Assembly (NCBI GenBank): GCA_963698535.1
Contig: CAVORD010000001.1
Location: forward strand, 1,895,823 to 1,959,822
DNA length: 64,000 nt
Direction: 5' to 3'
DNA from: an uncultured Bacteroidales bacterium
GTDB taxonomy: Bacteria; Bacteroidota; Bacteroidia; Bacteroidales; VadinHA17
Of this stretch, positions 29,338 to 39,856 are shown piece after piece. The notes beneath the pieces were generated by a model. It searched no databases. It was not told the DNA's origin and was given only the letters and a program-made list of their open reading frames with translations. Within the stretch, counting starts at the first letter, position 1. Each line of letters opens with the position of its first letter. Both the position numbers and the translations under genes were made by a program.

Positions 29338-31681
29338 CTACTTCTTAAGGATAAAGAAGAACGTTCCATCTTCATCCTTAAGCCCGGTAATCTTGCCGAA
29401 TTTTGGTTTCTGCAGATTATTCCCGCCAACAGCACCTGAAACTTTGGTAACTATCTCCTCAATTGGGATACATGCATTTGGATTATTTGCGAGCGAATTG
29501 GCAAAGGTCCTCGTAAACTGGCTGTCGTCCAGCGCAAGTTCGTAGCCGGCTGATGAAAAGACCTGCGACGACTTGAACTGTGTTGATTGCCAGTCGTCAC
29601 AACTACGCTGCTTTATCTCCGATCTCATTGCCTGGTAAAAACTTGGCCCCGACTCGCAGGCATCTGTAACTACCAGGGTATGTGTCAGATAGTTCACATA
29701 AGGTTCCATCGAGGCCCGTAAACCTCCAATATTGTAATATGTAAATTCATCGTCCCTTTTCGCATCGACAGGGATCCAGTAACCAACATCATTGATAAAT
29801 TTTCCATGGCCTGCATACCATATCAGCAGTGACTTAACCTGATTTGCTTTAATAAGGTCGCGAAGCTCTATCGAGAAGAACTTCTCCATCTCATCCTTCT
29901 TCATATCCTTCTTGTGGATGATATTATGGATCTCATAATTAGTCAGGGCTCTCTTCATCAGGTTAATATCTTTAATCGGACCGTCGAGACTGGCAAAGGT
30001 CGAGTAGTTGGAATTTTCAATAAAGACAACCCATGTCTTACCCATTGGGTTGCTTTCTGAAAGGACTGCACCCTCCCTGTTTAATGTGAACTCGGTACTT
30101 TTCTTGTTACCGTAAATATCCTCTGCAATAACCGCAATTTTATTTTTATTCATTACATCGATGGTTGCCGTAAACCCCGGATTGAGATCATTCATCGAAT
30201 AGCTTGCTGTAACTCCTTCAATGAAAATTGTCTTAATCCGGCTCTCATCCGACACTTTACCTTCAATAAAGATATTGGGGTTGTTGTTGTTCAGATATAT
30301 CTGACCGTCGTCGGAAGCATAAGGAGTGAGTATGGTAACCTTTGGCGGATTGACCTCAGTACGGTTCATCCCCAACTTAATGACCTTCTCATTCTTATAT
30401 ACATCACGGGCGATAATGTTAACAGAATTTGTACCCTCGGTTGATACTGTAGCAAGAAATTCATATTCATCACCTTTCCGTCTCAAAATGAACATCCTTG
30501 TCGTTTATCCTGAAAGATTCCAGATCACTTTTCTCCCTTATTTTTCCGGCAATCAGAAAATCCTTTGCATCACCGCGAACTTCAATTACATTTTCTGAAG
30601 GAATCGGAGAGGACAGAATTATTTCGGGTGGTACACTTTCTCTGTTTATCTCGAAAAGTCGCTTCCTTGCCTCAGCCAGGTTCTTTCTTGCCTTCATATC
30701 GAATTCCGACAGCTCCGTTATCTTTTCATAATCGGCCGCAGCAAGGGCAAAGTTCATCGTCTCTTCATTCGATTTTGCTCTGGCAAAATATGCGTCAGGA
30801 TCATTGGGCCTCAGCTGGATCACCTTATTGAAATCGTTAATAGCATTGCCATGCTGATTGAACCTCTGATAATAAGTGCCTCTCAGGAAATAGTGGGCAG
30901 GATTATCAGGCTCAATAAGAATGTTTTTTGAAACATCATTTATGGCATTCGGGAAATCCATACTGTTGACATAGATACGGCTTCGGGTGGAATATGCGGC
31001 GACATTCTTGTCGTTAGCCTCTAAAACTGTATTGCAATGACCAAGAGCCTCGCCCAGTTTACCCTCCCTGATAAGTATTTCGGCAAGTTCCAGTCTGGCA
31101 CTGTGCATTGTTTTCTCCTTAGAGAGAGCCTTCTCGAACTCTTTCTTCCCCATGATATCATTATTCAGGAGTACGTATACTCTCCCTTTCATGAAGAGGT
31201 TTTCAGCCGACTCCTTGAATAATATTGCAGTATCTGCAGTGCGCAATGCCTGGTCGTACTTCTGAAGTCCGATCATGGCAATTACCTTCTCCGGGTATAC
31301 TGCACCATTTCTTTTGTCAACCGACGATGCTGTGTTAAGCCTTAGAAGAGCCTCGTCGAATTTACCCAGCTTATTGCATACCCTTCCCAGTCCGAGCATT
31401 ATGTCTGACTCATTAGGATCAAAAACCAGGGCTTTTTCAAAATCGGCATATGCGAGCTCCATCTGACCTCCATTCTCATAGGCAATAGCCCTTGACACAT
31501 AACCTTCGGATTTGGTAGGCTCCATCTCAATGGCCTTTGAGTATTCTGCAGCGGCCTCATTGTATTTCTCACTCTTGAGAAGCGCATCACCCGCCTTAAG
31601 AAACTTTTTGGCACTTTGTCCCTCAGCAATGAGTGATACCGATGTTACAAACAGAAGGAAAAATATTAATCGCTTTTTCAT
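29338..31681 (-). pseudogene. secreted TPR-repeat / tandem Ig-like repeat / caspase-like (peptidase C14) protein, split by one +1 frameshift near 30470-30495
   Basis: ORF 30470-31681 has a signal peptide plus about 8 TPR repeats. ORF 29338-30495 has the caspase His/Cys dyads LIWYAGHG and VVTDACESG. A roughly 90-aa repeat (PPEIILSS... / PPKVTILT...) straddles the ORF junction, so both ORFs derive from one reading frame. Confidence 0.7.
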
Positions 31682-31790
31682 AGTATTGTATTTTTATCCT
31701 TATAGAAAGATTCCTTACTAAAATCCCTGTCCCCCGGACAGTATAAAATCAAATTTACGAATATTTGTTTCTTATTCAAATAATAAGTCC

Positions 31791-32843
31791 CTAACGAAAT
31801 GGGAGGAATAGAGATAATGTGCTCTTTTCAAATTCTCTCCGTTCAACGAGGTTCGCATTTATAGATGGCGCGGGCACACCTGCACCGAATCTTTTCTTTC
31901 CGGCAAAAACCCTGGCTTCATCCCATATTCCAGCCTGTAGGAACTGATTGATTATTGAAGAACCTCCTTCAATCAATATTGATGATATACCTCTGCATGA
32001 AGCTCCGAACATACTGGCTTTACATAGGTGTTCACCAGGTTCGAGCCCTGCATAATCAATATTATCACACTCCTCTCCCCGGCTGTTTGTGAATAGGATA
32101 ACTCTCTCACCTGAGGTAAAAACCGAAGAAGCCATATCCAGTTCACCCCTTCCGGAAACGATAACCTTAACCGGATCTTTTCCGTCCCAATACCTTACAT
32201 TGAGCGACGGGTTATCCTTTCTTATTGTTTCGGCCCCGACAAGTATTGCATCTTCCTGTGAGCGCCACTTATGAACCAGCACCCTCTCCTCGTCACCCGT
32301 TATCCACCATGGTTCCCTCGGGTGACCGGGAGGCCGGATAATATCAATATACCCATCAGCGCTGGCTGCCCACTTAAGAATAATATACGGCCGTTGTTTC
32401 TCATGAAAAGTGAAAAATCTCCTGTTTATCCATCTCGACTCCTCCTCAAGAACCCCGGTTATAACTTCAACACCGTTACTGCGTAATCTTTCAATCCCTC
32501 TTCCTGCAACCTTGGCACTGGTGTCTGTTGCCCCGATAACAACCTTTGGAATCCCTTTCTCCAGAATAAGATCGGCACATGGTGGTGTTTTGCCATGGTG
32601 TGAGCAAGGCTCAAGATTTACATAGAGTGTCGAGTCACCTAATAACCGATGATCTTTTACGGATTCAATGGCGTTTACTTCGGCGTGGGGCATCCCTGCA
32701 GAATGATGATACCCTTCACCAATTATTTTGCCATCGTAAACAATTACTGAACCAACCATCGGATTTGGGCTGGTATATCCTTCGGCCTTGGCAGCAAGAA
32801 CCAGGCATCGCTTGATATATCTTTTATGGTCTGAATTATTCAA
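31791..32843 (-). CDS. ribD: bifunctional riboflavin biosynthesis deaminase/reductase
   Basis: Deaminase zinc motifs HAEVNAI and PCSHHGKTPPC, plus a C-terminal reductase domain. Confidence 0.9.
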   Translation of the reverse strand: MNNSDHKRYIKRCLVLAAKAEGYTSPNPMVGSVIVYDGKIIGEGYHHSAGMPHAEVNAIESVKDHRLLGDSTLYVNLEPCSHHGKTPPCADLILEKGIPKVVIGATDTSAKVAGRGIERLRSNGVEVITGVLEEESRWINRRFFTFHEKQRPYIILKWAASADGYIDIIRPPGHPREPWWITGDEERVLVHKWRSQEDAILVGAETIRKDNPSLNVRYWDGKDPVKVIVSGRGELDMASSVFTSGERVILFTNSRGEECDNIDYAGLEPGEHLCKASMFGASCRGISSILIEGGSSIINQFLQAGIWDEARVFAGKKRFGAGVPAPSINANLVERREFEKSTLSLFLPFR

Positions 32844-32869
32844 TGCCTTTAAATTACTAATTTTGATTT

Positions 32870-33736
32870 ATGAAGTGGCACTCAAACAATATCAAAGATA
32901 TCAGGAATTATTTTACAAGTAATCTTGTAAGACTTTATGATAAGAGAGAGGCTAATTCAATTGCCGGCCTTGTTATAAGGCATCTTGCTGAGAAAGAGAA
33001 TGCTTCAGAATTTGAATTAAGGAGTATTGAAATACCCTCCGCGAAGATTACCGAAGCAGAAGAGATCCTGAAGAAACTTACCGGAGGTATGCCTGTTCAG
33101 TATGCCCTGGGCTATACCTGGTTCTATGGTTTAAGATTCATGCTGAACGAGGCAACTCTTATCCCAAGGGGAGAGACCGAAGAACTTGTTCAAATGATAA
33201 TAAAGGATAACGGGGAGAGAAGCGGCGAAATACTTGATATAGGAACAGGCAGCGGTTCAATAGCAATATCACTGGCAGCCAATCTGCCTTTGATGAATCT
33301 ATTTGGATGGGATATTTCAGCCCCAGCACTTGAGATAGCTGCAAAAAACAGTCAGGCAAACGACCAGCATGTTAAATTTGAAATGGTTGATATCCTTTCA
33401 GATGAAATACCGGAAAGTGCCAAATTTGATATCATAGTCAGTAATCCTCCCTACATAACGGAAAGTGAGAAGCTGATAATGCTGCCGAATGTTGTTGACT
33501 ATGAGCCCCATCTTGCCCTTTTCGTTCCCGACAATGATCCCCTGTTGTTTTATCGCAATATTCTGGAGAAATCGCAAAAAATACTCAAGGGTAATGGGTT
33601 GATCTATTTTGAGATCAATGAAGAAATGGGTAGCGAAATGAGATCCCTCTCCCTCAGTCATGGATTCAAAAACCTATCATTAATTAAGGATATAAACGGA
33701 CGTGAAAGGTTTCTAAAACTCAGTAAGGATGAGTAA
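32870..33736 (+). CDS. prmC: release-factor glutamine N5-methyltransferase
   Basis: SAM motif ILDIGTGSG and catalytic IVSNPPYI. Confidence 0.9.
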   Translation: MKWHSNNIKDIRNYFTSNLVRLYDKREANSIAGLVIRHLAEKENASEFELRSIEIPSAKITEAEEILKKLTGGMPVQYALGYTWFYGLRFMLNEATLIPRGETEELVQMIIKDNGERSGEILDIGTGSGSIAISLAANLPLMNLFGWDISAPALEIAAKNSQANDQHVKFEMVDILSDEIPESAKFDIIVSNPPYITESEKLIMLPNVVDYEPHLALFVPDNDPLLFYRNILEKSQKILKGNGLIYFEINEEMGSEMRSLSLSHGFKNLSLIKDINGRERFLKLSKDE

Positions 33737-34208
33737 GGAAATATTATTTAAAGATGCTGTTTCAAGGCTTTCAAGAATAGCAGGACAAAGAGAAATATGC
33801 ATCTCTGAAGGCGAGGCAAGGCTAAGATCGTGGGGAATAGATGATGAAAAAATGATCACAGATGTGATTAAAAACCTGACAGACAATGGTTTTATAAACC
33901 ATCAAAGATATGCCAGAGCGTTTGTAAATGATAAATTCAAATATAATGGCTGGGGAAGGATAAAGATAACGGTGCAGTTACGATTTAAGAAGATCGAAGA
34001 CAATATCATTTCAGAAGCAATCGCTGATCTTGATGAAGATGAGTACCGTGAAAAGGTAAGGAAGATCGCATTTTCATTTTTGAAATCGGCAAAAGCAAAA
34101 AATCGTTACGAACTTAAATCAAAACTGGTAAGGCATATCAGTTCGAAGGGATTCGAGTCGGATTATGCCTTCTCTGCCTTCAGTGAATATTTCAATTCAG
34201 AAAAGTGA
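33729..34208 (+). CDS. recX: recombination regulator RecX
   Basis: 159 aa with three-helix repeats; carries YARAFVNDKFKYNGWGRIKI. Overlaps the prmC stop by 8 nt. Confidence 0.75.
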   Translation: MSKEILFKDAVSRLSRIAGQREICISEGEARLRSWGIDDEKMITDVIKNLTDNGFINHQRYARAFVNDKFKYNGWGRIKITVQLRFKKIEDNIISEAIADLDEDEYREKVRKIAFSFLKSAKAKNRYELKSKLVRHISSKGFESDYAFSAFSEYFNSEK

Positions 34209-34635
34209 TACAAAGAGATATCGGAAATAAGGGTAAAATGTAAGGAGGAACATTATTGAGGAGATTGTGATGTCGGCGATCACCAATCTTTTTCGATCGT
34301 CGACAGGCGATGCCCAGCCAGTAAACGGTAAGGACGATACGTAACAACAAAGCTCCGGCGAAAAAAACAAATAACCTCAGAGAGTAACCATTCCATAGTA
34401 GTGCCGATTCAAGATCGCCCCGAATTAAATAGCTGAAACTGTGTGACATTCCGCACGAGGGGCACTCCATCCCTGTAGTCAGTTCATAAGTACACTGTAC
34501 CGGGTAGTTGTTTTTGTCGGGATTATAAAAGCCGGAGTAAATGAAAATGATCATTACTACTCCGGCAAGAACAAGATTGATCGTTACATAGGGAGCTTTA
34601 AGTGAATCAGAAAACCCCTTTTGCAATAATCTCAT
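34192..34635 (-). CDS. DUF2752 family membrane protein
   Basis: CPSCGMSHSF motif plus TM helices. Its 3' end overlaps the recX 3' end by 17 nt (convergent). Confidence 0.7.
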   Translation of the reverse strand: MRLLQKGFSDSLKAPYVTINLVLAGVVMIIFIYSGFYNPDKNNYPVQCTYELTTGMECPSCGMSHSFSYLIRGDLESALLWNGYSLRLFVFFAGALLLRIVLTVYWLGIACRRSKKIGDRRHHNLLNNVPPYILPLFPISLCITFLN

Positions 34636-35126
34636 TTTTTTATCTCTACCTTAATGGTATCCTCTTCCACCACTCCCTCAAGTATTTCCAGCTTTTTTTC
34701 GAGGTCTTTCCTGTTGGCAGAGGTGTTTATCTCAACAACATCATCACCACTCTGTATCTTAATCGATACATCGGCATTATCAAGTTCCTTGAAGATATCT
34801 TTCCTGGCTTCCTCGATAGCTTTCTCCAGATCTCCTTTCCATCCATTGTTTTCTGTAGCAATCTTTGCTGCAACAATATATTGTGATATGGAGATCATGG
34901 ATGCTACCACACCAATTATAAGGGCCGCCACCATCATCCCCCTGGGTGCATTTACCCTGTTAGCCTGTGAGATAGCTACTGCTGCAAGAACAATAGCAAT
35001 GATCCCGGGTATAATGGCAATCATTCCAACACAGGGGATAATGGCCATTACTATAGTTATGATTGCTGTAATGAGTGCTGCCACTCCCAGTCCGTGACCT
35101 GCATTCCTGTTTTCAATATTTTCCAT
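34632..35126 (-). CDS. small membrane protein (DUF4190-like N-terminus, charged C-terminal domain)
   Basis: Two Gly/Ala/Ile-rich TM helices. ATGA overlap with the downstream DUF2752 gene. Confidence 0.5.
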   Translation of the reverse strand: MENIENRNAGHGLGVAALITAIITIVMAIIPCVGMIAIIPGIIAIVLAAVAISQANRVNAPRGMMVAALIIGVVASMISISQYIVAAKIATENNGWKGDLEKAIEEARKDIFKELDNADVSIKIQSGDDVVEINTSANRKDLEKKLEILEGVVEEDTIKVEIKK

Positions 35127-35130
35127 GGTG

Positions 35131-35658
35131 TTATTCTTTATCGTTATTTACATCTCTGGTAAGGATTATAACCAAATCCCGTTCTAAAGACGTTTCAGGA
35201 TACTCAATGATGCGTCCAACTTCATTTTTGTTTCTAAAAATAATGAATGTGGGCACCTTAAGGATACCAAGTTCCTCGTAGTTACCCAGGGGTGCCTTTT
35301 TCTGACTGTCGACACCAACAAATCTGATCTTTTCCTGAGGAAATCCCCATGCAGCCATTAGTTTCATAAAACGTGGTACTTCTCTCCTGCTATCAGGACA
35401 CCACGTCCCCATAACAATTGTAATAGTAATATCCTCCTTGCTTAGTGATAGAAGTGCCCCAAGGTCTGACTGGGAGGGAGAATATTCATCAAATCCCTGG
35501 TTGAACCACTGCATATGAGGCTCTTTGATTAACATATCCATCGATATTTCTCCCAGCAGCCATGTTGAAGGGTCGTGATAATTGGTCTGGGCATTTGCGG
35601 GCATAGCTGCAAGAAGCAGGACCACCATGACAATAGTTTGAACAACAGATCGTATCAT
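35131..35658 (-). CDS. thioredoxin-like fold protein, secreted
   Basis: Signal peptide and a thioredoxin-like region with a single Cys (GTWCPDSRREVP). Confidence 0.6.
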   Translation of the reverse strand: MIRSVVQTIVMVVLLLAAMPANAQTNYHDPSTWLLGEISMDMLIKEPHMQWFNQGFDEYSPSQSDLGALLSLSKEDITITIVMGTWCPDSRREVPRFMKLMAAWGFPQEKIRFVGVDSQKKAPLGNYEELGILKVPTFIIFRNKNEVGRIIEYPETSLERDLVIILTRDVNNDKE

Positions 35659-35743
35659 ATGCTGTGATATAGAATTATAAACTCACCACAAAATAATACA
35701 ATTTATCCGAATAGAATATGGTCTGCCCCTCAGAAATAAAAAT

Positions 35744-37885
35744 CTATTCCAGTGTCTGTAACAATATCTGCAGTATCTGTTTGCCGGCTCTGGCCACTGA
35801 TGTTCCGGGCCCAAATATTGCGACAACGCCTGCTTTATAGAGAAAGTCATAATCCTGGGCAGGGATAACACCGCCTGCAATAACAAGTATATCCTCCCTG
35901 CCAAGCTTTTTCAGTTCAGCTATTACCTGAGGCACCAGAGTCTTGTGTCCTGCGGCAAGGCTCGAAACACCCAGTATGTGAACATCATTCTCCACTGCCT
36001 GTTTGGCTGCCTCAGCCGGTGTTTGAAATAGTGGCCCTATATCGACATCAAATCCGATATCGGCATAGCCTGTTGAGACAACCTTTGCGCCGCGGTCATG
36101 ACCATCCTGTCCCATTTTAGCTATCATTATCCTTGGCTGTCGTCCCTCTTTTTCGGCGAACTGAGTTGCAAGAAGCTGAGCCTCTTCGAACTCCTTATCG
36201 GACTTATATTCCGATGAGTATACTCCTGAAATTGATCTTATCACGGCTTTGTACCTCCCGACTATAGTTTCACATGCATATGATATCTCTCCAAGTGTTG
36301 CCCTTTTACTGGCTGCATCTACTGCTAGTTCCAGCAGGTTACCCTCACCTGTTTTAACACATCTCGTAATGGCTGCCAGAGATTTCTGACACTCCTCTTC
36401 GTTGCGCTCGGCCCTTAATTTGGCCAGCCTCTTCAACTGCGACTCCCTAACGGTAGTATTGTCAACTTCAAGTATCTCCAGCGGATCTTCTATCGCCAGC
36501 CTGAAGCGGTTTGTCCCAACTATCACCTGTTGTCCGCTATCGATACGAGCCTGAGTTCTTGCCGCAGCCTCCTCTATTCTCATCTTGGGCACTCCCGACT
36601 CGATAGCCTTTGCCATACCACCAAGGCTCTCAACCTCTTCAATCAGCTTCCATGCCTTTTCGGCTATCTCCTTCGTAAGCGATTCAACATAATACGACCC
36701 CGCCCATGGATCTATCGACCTGCATATATTGGTCTCTTCCTGCAGATAGATCTGTGTATTCCGTGCTATCCTTGCCGAAAATTCGGTAGGTAATGCAATT
36801 GCTTCGTCGAGTGCATTGGTATGGAGACTCTGTGTATGTCCTAATGCCGCACCCATAGCCTCTATACATGTCCTTCCAACATTATTGAACGGATCCTGTT
36901 CTGTTAGACTCCAGCCCGACGTCTGTGAATGGGTCCTCAACGCAAGCGACTTGGGATTCTTAGGGTTGAACTGACTAACAAGTTTTGCCCAGAGCATTCT
37001 TGCAGCCCTCATCTTGGCAATCTCCATGAAGTGATTCATCCCTATTGCCCAGAAAAATGATAAGCGAGGGGCGAATGCATCAACATCGAGACCTGCCCTG
37101 ATGCCTGTCCGCAAATATTCCAGTCCGTCGGCCAGAGTATATGCAAGCTCTATATCGCATGTAGCTCCTGCCTCCTGCATATGATATCCCGAAATGCTTA
37201 TTGAATTGAATTTGGGCATATTCTTTGAAGTATAGGCGAATATATCGGCAATAGCCCTCATCGAAAACTCAGGGGGATAGATATAGGTGTTACGGACCAT
37301 GAACTCCTTAAGAATATCATTCTGTATTGTACCTGACAGCTCTTCCAGCTTTGCTCCCTGTTCCAGCGCCGCAACTATATAAAATGCCAGCACCGGAAGT
37401 ACGGCCCCGTTCATGGTCATCGAAACAGACATCTTGTTGAGAGGTATCTGGTCGAAAAGGATATTCATGTCAAGAATGGAGTCCACAGCTACGCCTGCTT
37501 TGCCTACATCACCAACAACCCTTTCGTGGTCGGAATCATATCCCCTGTGTGTCGCCAGGTCAAAGGCTACCGATAATCCTTTCTGTCCGGCAGCCAGATT
37601 TCTCCGATAGAAAGCATTTGACTCCTCCGCTGTCGAGAAACCGGCATATTGCCTCACCGTCCAGGGCATCATAGCGTACATGCCTGAATATGGCCCCCGC
37701 AGATAGGGTGGCAGACCTGCGGCATAATTCAGATGCTCAAGTCCTGCCAGGTCATCGGCAGTATAATATTTCTTTACCGGTATCAGTTCAGAAGTGATCC
37801 ACTCCTCACCCTTAGCTCCTTCAGCACCCTTCTTAACCGTTTGCTTCAGGCTCTTAAGATCGTCATATTTGAATTTTGGTCTCAT
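35744..37885 (-). CDS. methylmalonyl-CoA mutase large (catalytic, B12-binding) subunit
   Basis: 713 aa. Carries [22 protein letters not shown] and the C-terminal B12 motif [11 protein letters not shown]. Confidence 0.95.
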   Translation of the reverse strand: MRPKFKYDDLKSLKQTVKKGAEGAKGEEWITSELIPVKKYYTADDLAGLEHLNYAAGLPPYLRGPYSGMYAMMPWTVRQYAGFSTAEESNAFYRRNLAAGQKGLSVAFDLATHRGYDSDHERVVGDVGKAGVAVDSILDMNILFDQIPLNKMSVSMTMNGAVLPVLAFYIVAALEQGAKLEELSGTIQNDILKEFMVRNTYIYPPEFSMRAIADIFAYTSKNMPKFNSISISGYHMQEAGATCDIELAYTLADGLEYLRTGIRAGLDVDAFAPRLSFFWAIGMNHFMEIAKMRAARMLWAKLVSQFNPKNPKSLALRTHSQTSGWSLTEQDPFNNVGRTCIEAMGAALGHTQSLHTNALDEAIALPTEFSARIARNTQIYLQEETNICRSIDPWAGSYYVESLTKEIAEKAWKLIEEVESLGGMAKAIESGVPKMRIEEAAARTQARIDSGQQVIVGTNRFRLAIEDPLEILEVDNTTVRESQLKRLAKLRAERNEEECQKSLAAITRCVKTGEGNLLELAVDAASKRATLGEISYACETIVGRYKAVIRSISGVYSSEYKSDKEFEEAQLLATQFAEKEGRQPRIMIAKMGQDGHDRGAKVVSTGYADIGFDVDIGPLFQTPAEAAKQAVENDVHILGVSSLAAGHKTLVPQVIAELKKLGREDILVIAGGVIPAQDYDFLYKAGVVAIFGPGTSVARAGKQILQILLQTLE

Positions 37886-37903
37886 CTCTTTCTAATCAAT
37901 ATT

Positions 37904-39736
37904 TTAACCCTTGATAAGGGCGGTAAATGTCCTCATTGTCTCAAGTACGTTCGATCGCATACTTATAAAATACTTTATACCAGCCTCCTGCAACATTGGT
38001 GCCGATGCCGGTGCCCCTGCTATAACAAGATGAGCTTTACCATTCAGCAGTTTATAAGCCTCAGGCCCTGCTGTTTCATACTCATCATCAGAGCTGCATA
38101 AAACCACAAAATCAGCTCCGGCAGCAGCTTTTACTCCCTCCTCAATGGTTGCAAAACCATTAGTGTCGATCACACGGAATCCGGCCGTGTTGAAGAAATT
38201 CTGTGAGAACTGAGCCCTGGCCTTACGCATGGCAAGATTACCATAGGTGAGAAGGAAGACAACAGGCTGTTTGGGAAGGGCTGATACCTCCAAACGTAGT
38301 TTTTCAAACTCCTCAGCACCCCTGAATATTCTCACCGGAGTAACTTTAACGCCTTCTCCTGCGGCTACCGGTTCAGTGGTTGATGGTGCAGCAGCTATTT
38401 TTTCCTTGTCATCGGCATATTGATTGGTCCCAAGCAGTATTTCCCTTTTGAAGGCAATATCCGATACTCTTTTGGAGGATGTTCCGGATACTCTCTTCTG
38501 AACTTCGCCCTCAGTAAGCTGTTTCAGGAAGCCACCCTTGTCCTCCGTTTCAACAAATAGTTTCCATGATTCTGCCGACAGTGATGATGTAAGGTTCTCA
38601 ATGTAGTATGAGCCTGCTGAAGGGTCAATCACCTTATCAAAGTGAGCTTCTTCCTTTAGAAGAAGTTGCTGGTTGCGTGCTATCCTCTCCGAAAACTCGC
38701 CAGGTTTTCTGAATACCTTATCGAAAGGGTCAACAGTAAGTGAATCGGTACCACCCAGAGTGGCCGACATGGCTTCTGTTTGTGTGCGCAGCATGTTAAC
38801 ATAAGGGTCAAAAACAGTTTTGTTCCATTCCGACGTCTCACAGTGAATGTTCATGCAGACATCTGTGCCGTAGCTCCTGGTTACCATTGCCCACAATACC
38901 CTTGCTGCTCTCAGCTTGGCTATCTCCATGAAATAGTTGGAGCCTATTGCAAAGGTGAATCCCATGCCGCGTGCAGCTTCTTCTGCATCGATCCCACGTG
39001 TTGTAAGTGCATGCATATACTCCGAGCCAAGCGATATTGCAAATCCTATCCCGGTCACTATATCGGCACCTGCATTGTTAAAAGCCGTAGCCTGTATCTG
39101 CAGCTTCCTTAAGGATGTGAACTCCTTACCTGCTTTATAAAGATCGGCAACATAGTCGAATGCTTTGTCGGTGGTCGTGCACAGCGATCCGTTGACCATA
39201 AGCTTTGTAAGCGGATCGGCCTCTATTGATCCTCTTACTGAAGCAGGATCTGTTCCTCTTTTTTTAATGATACTCTTTAGTGCTTCAAGCAGCTCGAGCG
39301 CCTTCCCTTTAACGGAAAAATTCAACTCTATGCTCTCGGTTTCGATATCAGTGAGCAGTACTTCAAGGTTTTTTTCTGAAACAGAATCAGGATCGGTAAT
39401 CTCAAAACATAAAGAATCGACACCTCTCATCAGTATATCCAGAGCCTTGGCATTGGCTGCTCTGTAATCAGTTACTTTAATATCCTGCCTTATGAACCAG
39501 CTGTTGTCATCCTTTTTACCGCTCCTTACATATGGCCATTGGCCAGGCAGAGAGTCGGGATGATTAAGCCCTTCAAGGTCCTCGCTCCTGTAAAACGGAT
39601 TAACACTGAATCCCTCATTGGTTTTCCACACAAGCCTCTTTTCGAAGTCGGCACCTTTAAGGTCGGTGGTGATCTTCTCCATCCACTTCTCAGTAGATAT
39701 CGGTGGAAATTTTTCAAACAATCTTTGTCCTGCCAT
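37904..39736 (-). CDS. methylmalonyl-CoA mutase small subunit
   Basis: 610 aa. MCM-like TIM-barrel region without the DxHxxG B12 motif, directly upstream of the large subunit. Confidence 0.85.
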   Translation of the reverse strand: MAGQRLFEKFPPISTEKWMEKITTDLKGADFEKRLVWKTNEGFSVNPFYRSEDLEGLNHPDSLPGQWPYVRSGKKDDNSWFIRQDIKVTDYRAANAKALDILMRGVDSLCFEITDPDSVSEKNLEVLLTDIETESIELNFSVKGKALELLEALKSIIKKRGTDPASVRGSIEADPLTKLMVNGSLCTTTDKAFDYVADLYKAGKEFTSLRKLQIQATAFNNAGADIVTGIGFAISLGSEYMHALTTRGIDAEEAARGMGFTFAIGSNYFMEIAKLRAARVLWAMVTRSYGTDVCMNIHCETSEWNKTVFDPYVNMLRTQTEAMSATLGGTDSLTVDPFDKVFRKPGEFSERIARNQQLLLKEEAHFDKVIDPSAGSYYIENLTSSLSAESWKLFVETEDKGGFLKQLTEGEVQKRVSGTSSKRVSDIAFKREILLGTNQYADDKEKIAAAPSTTEPVAAGEGVKVTPVRIFRGAEEFEKLRLEVSALPKQPVVFLLTYGNLAMRKARAQFSQNFFNTAGFRVIDTNGFATIEEGVKAAAGADFVVLCSSDDEYETAGPEAYKLLNGKAHLVIAGAPASAPMLQEAGIKYFISMRSNVLETMRTFTALIKG

Positions 39737-39856
39737 AATGCTAAATTCTTACGCCCTGCAAATTAAGGCTATATATAAACAGTAATAAATGCGATTTGTC
39801 ATTATTAGATCCAAATAAAAGGATTAGAAACTCAGACAGATATGATTTTTAACGGT

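Noticed and set aside
35683-35904. 73-aa ORF overlapping the 3' end of the methylmalonyl-CoA mutase large subunit.
   Set aside because: It lies on the same strand as the MCM large-subunit gene but in another frame, overlapping that gene's 3' end, with no motif support.
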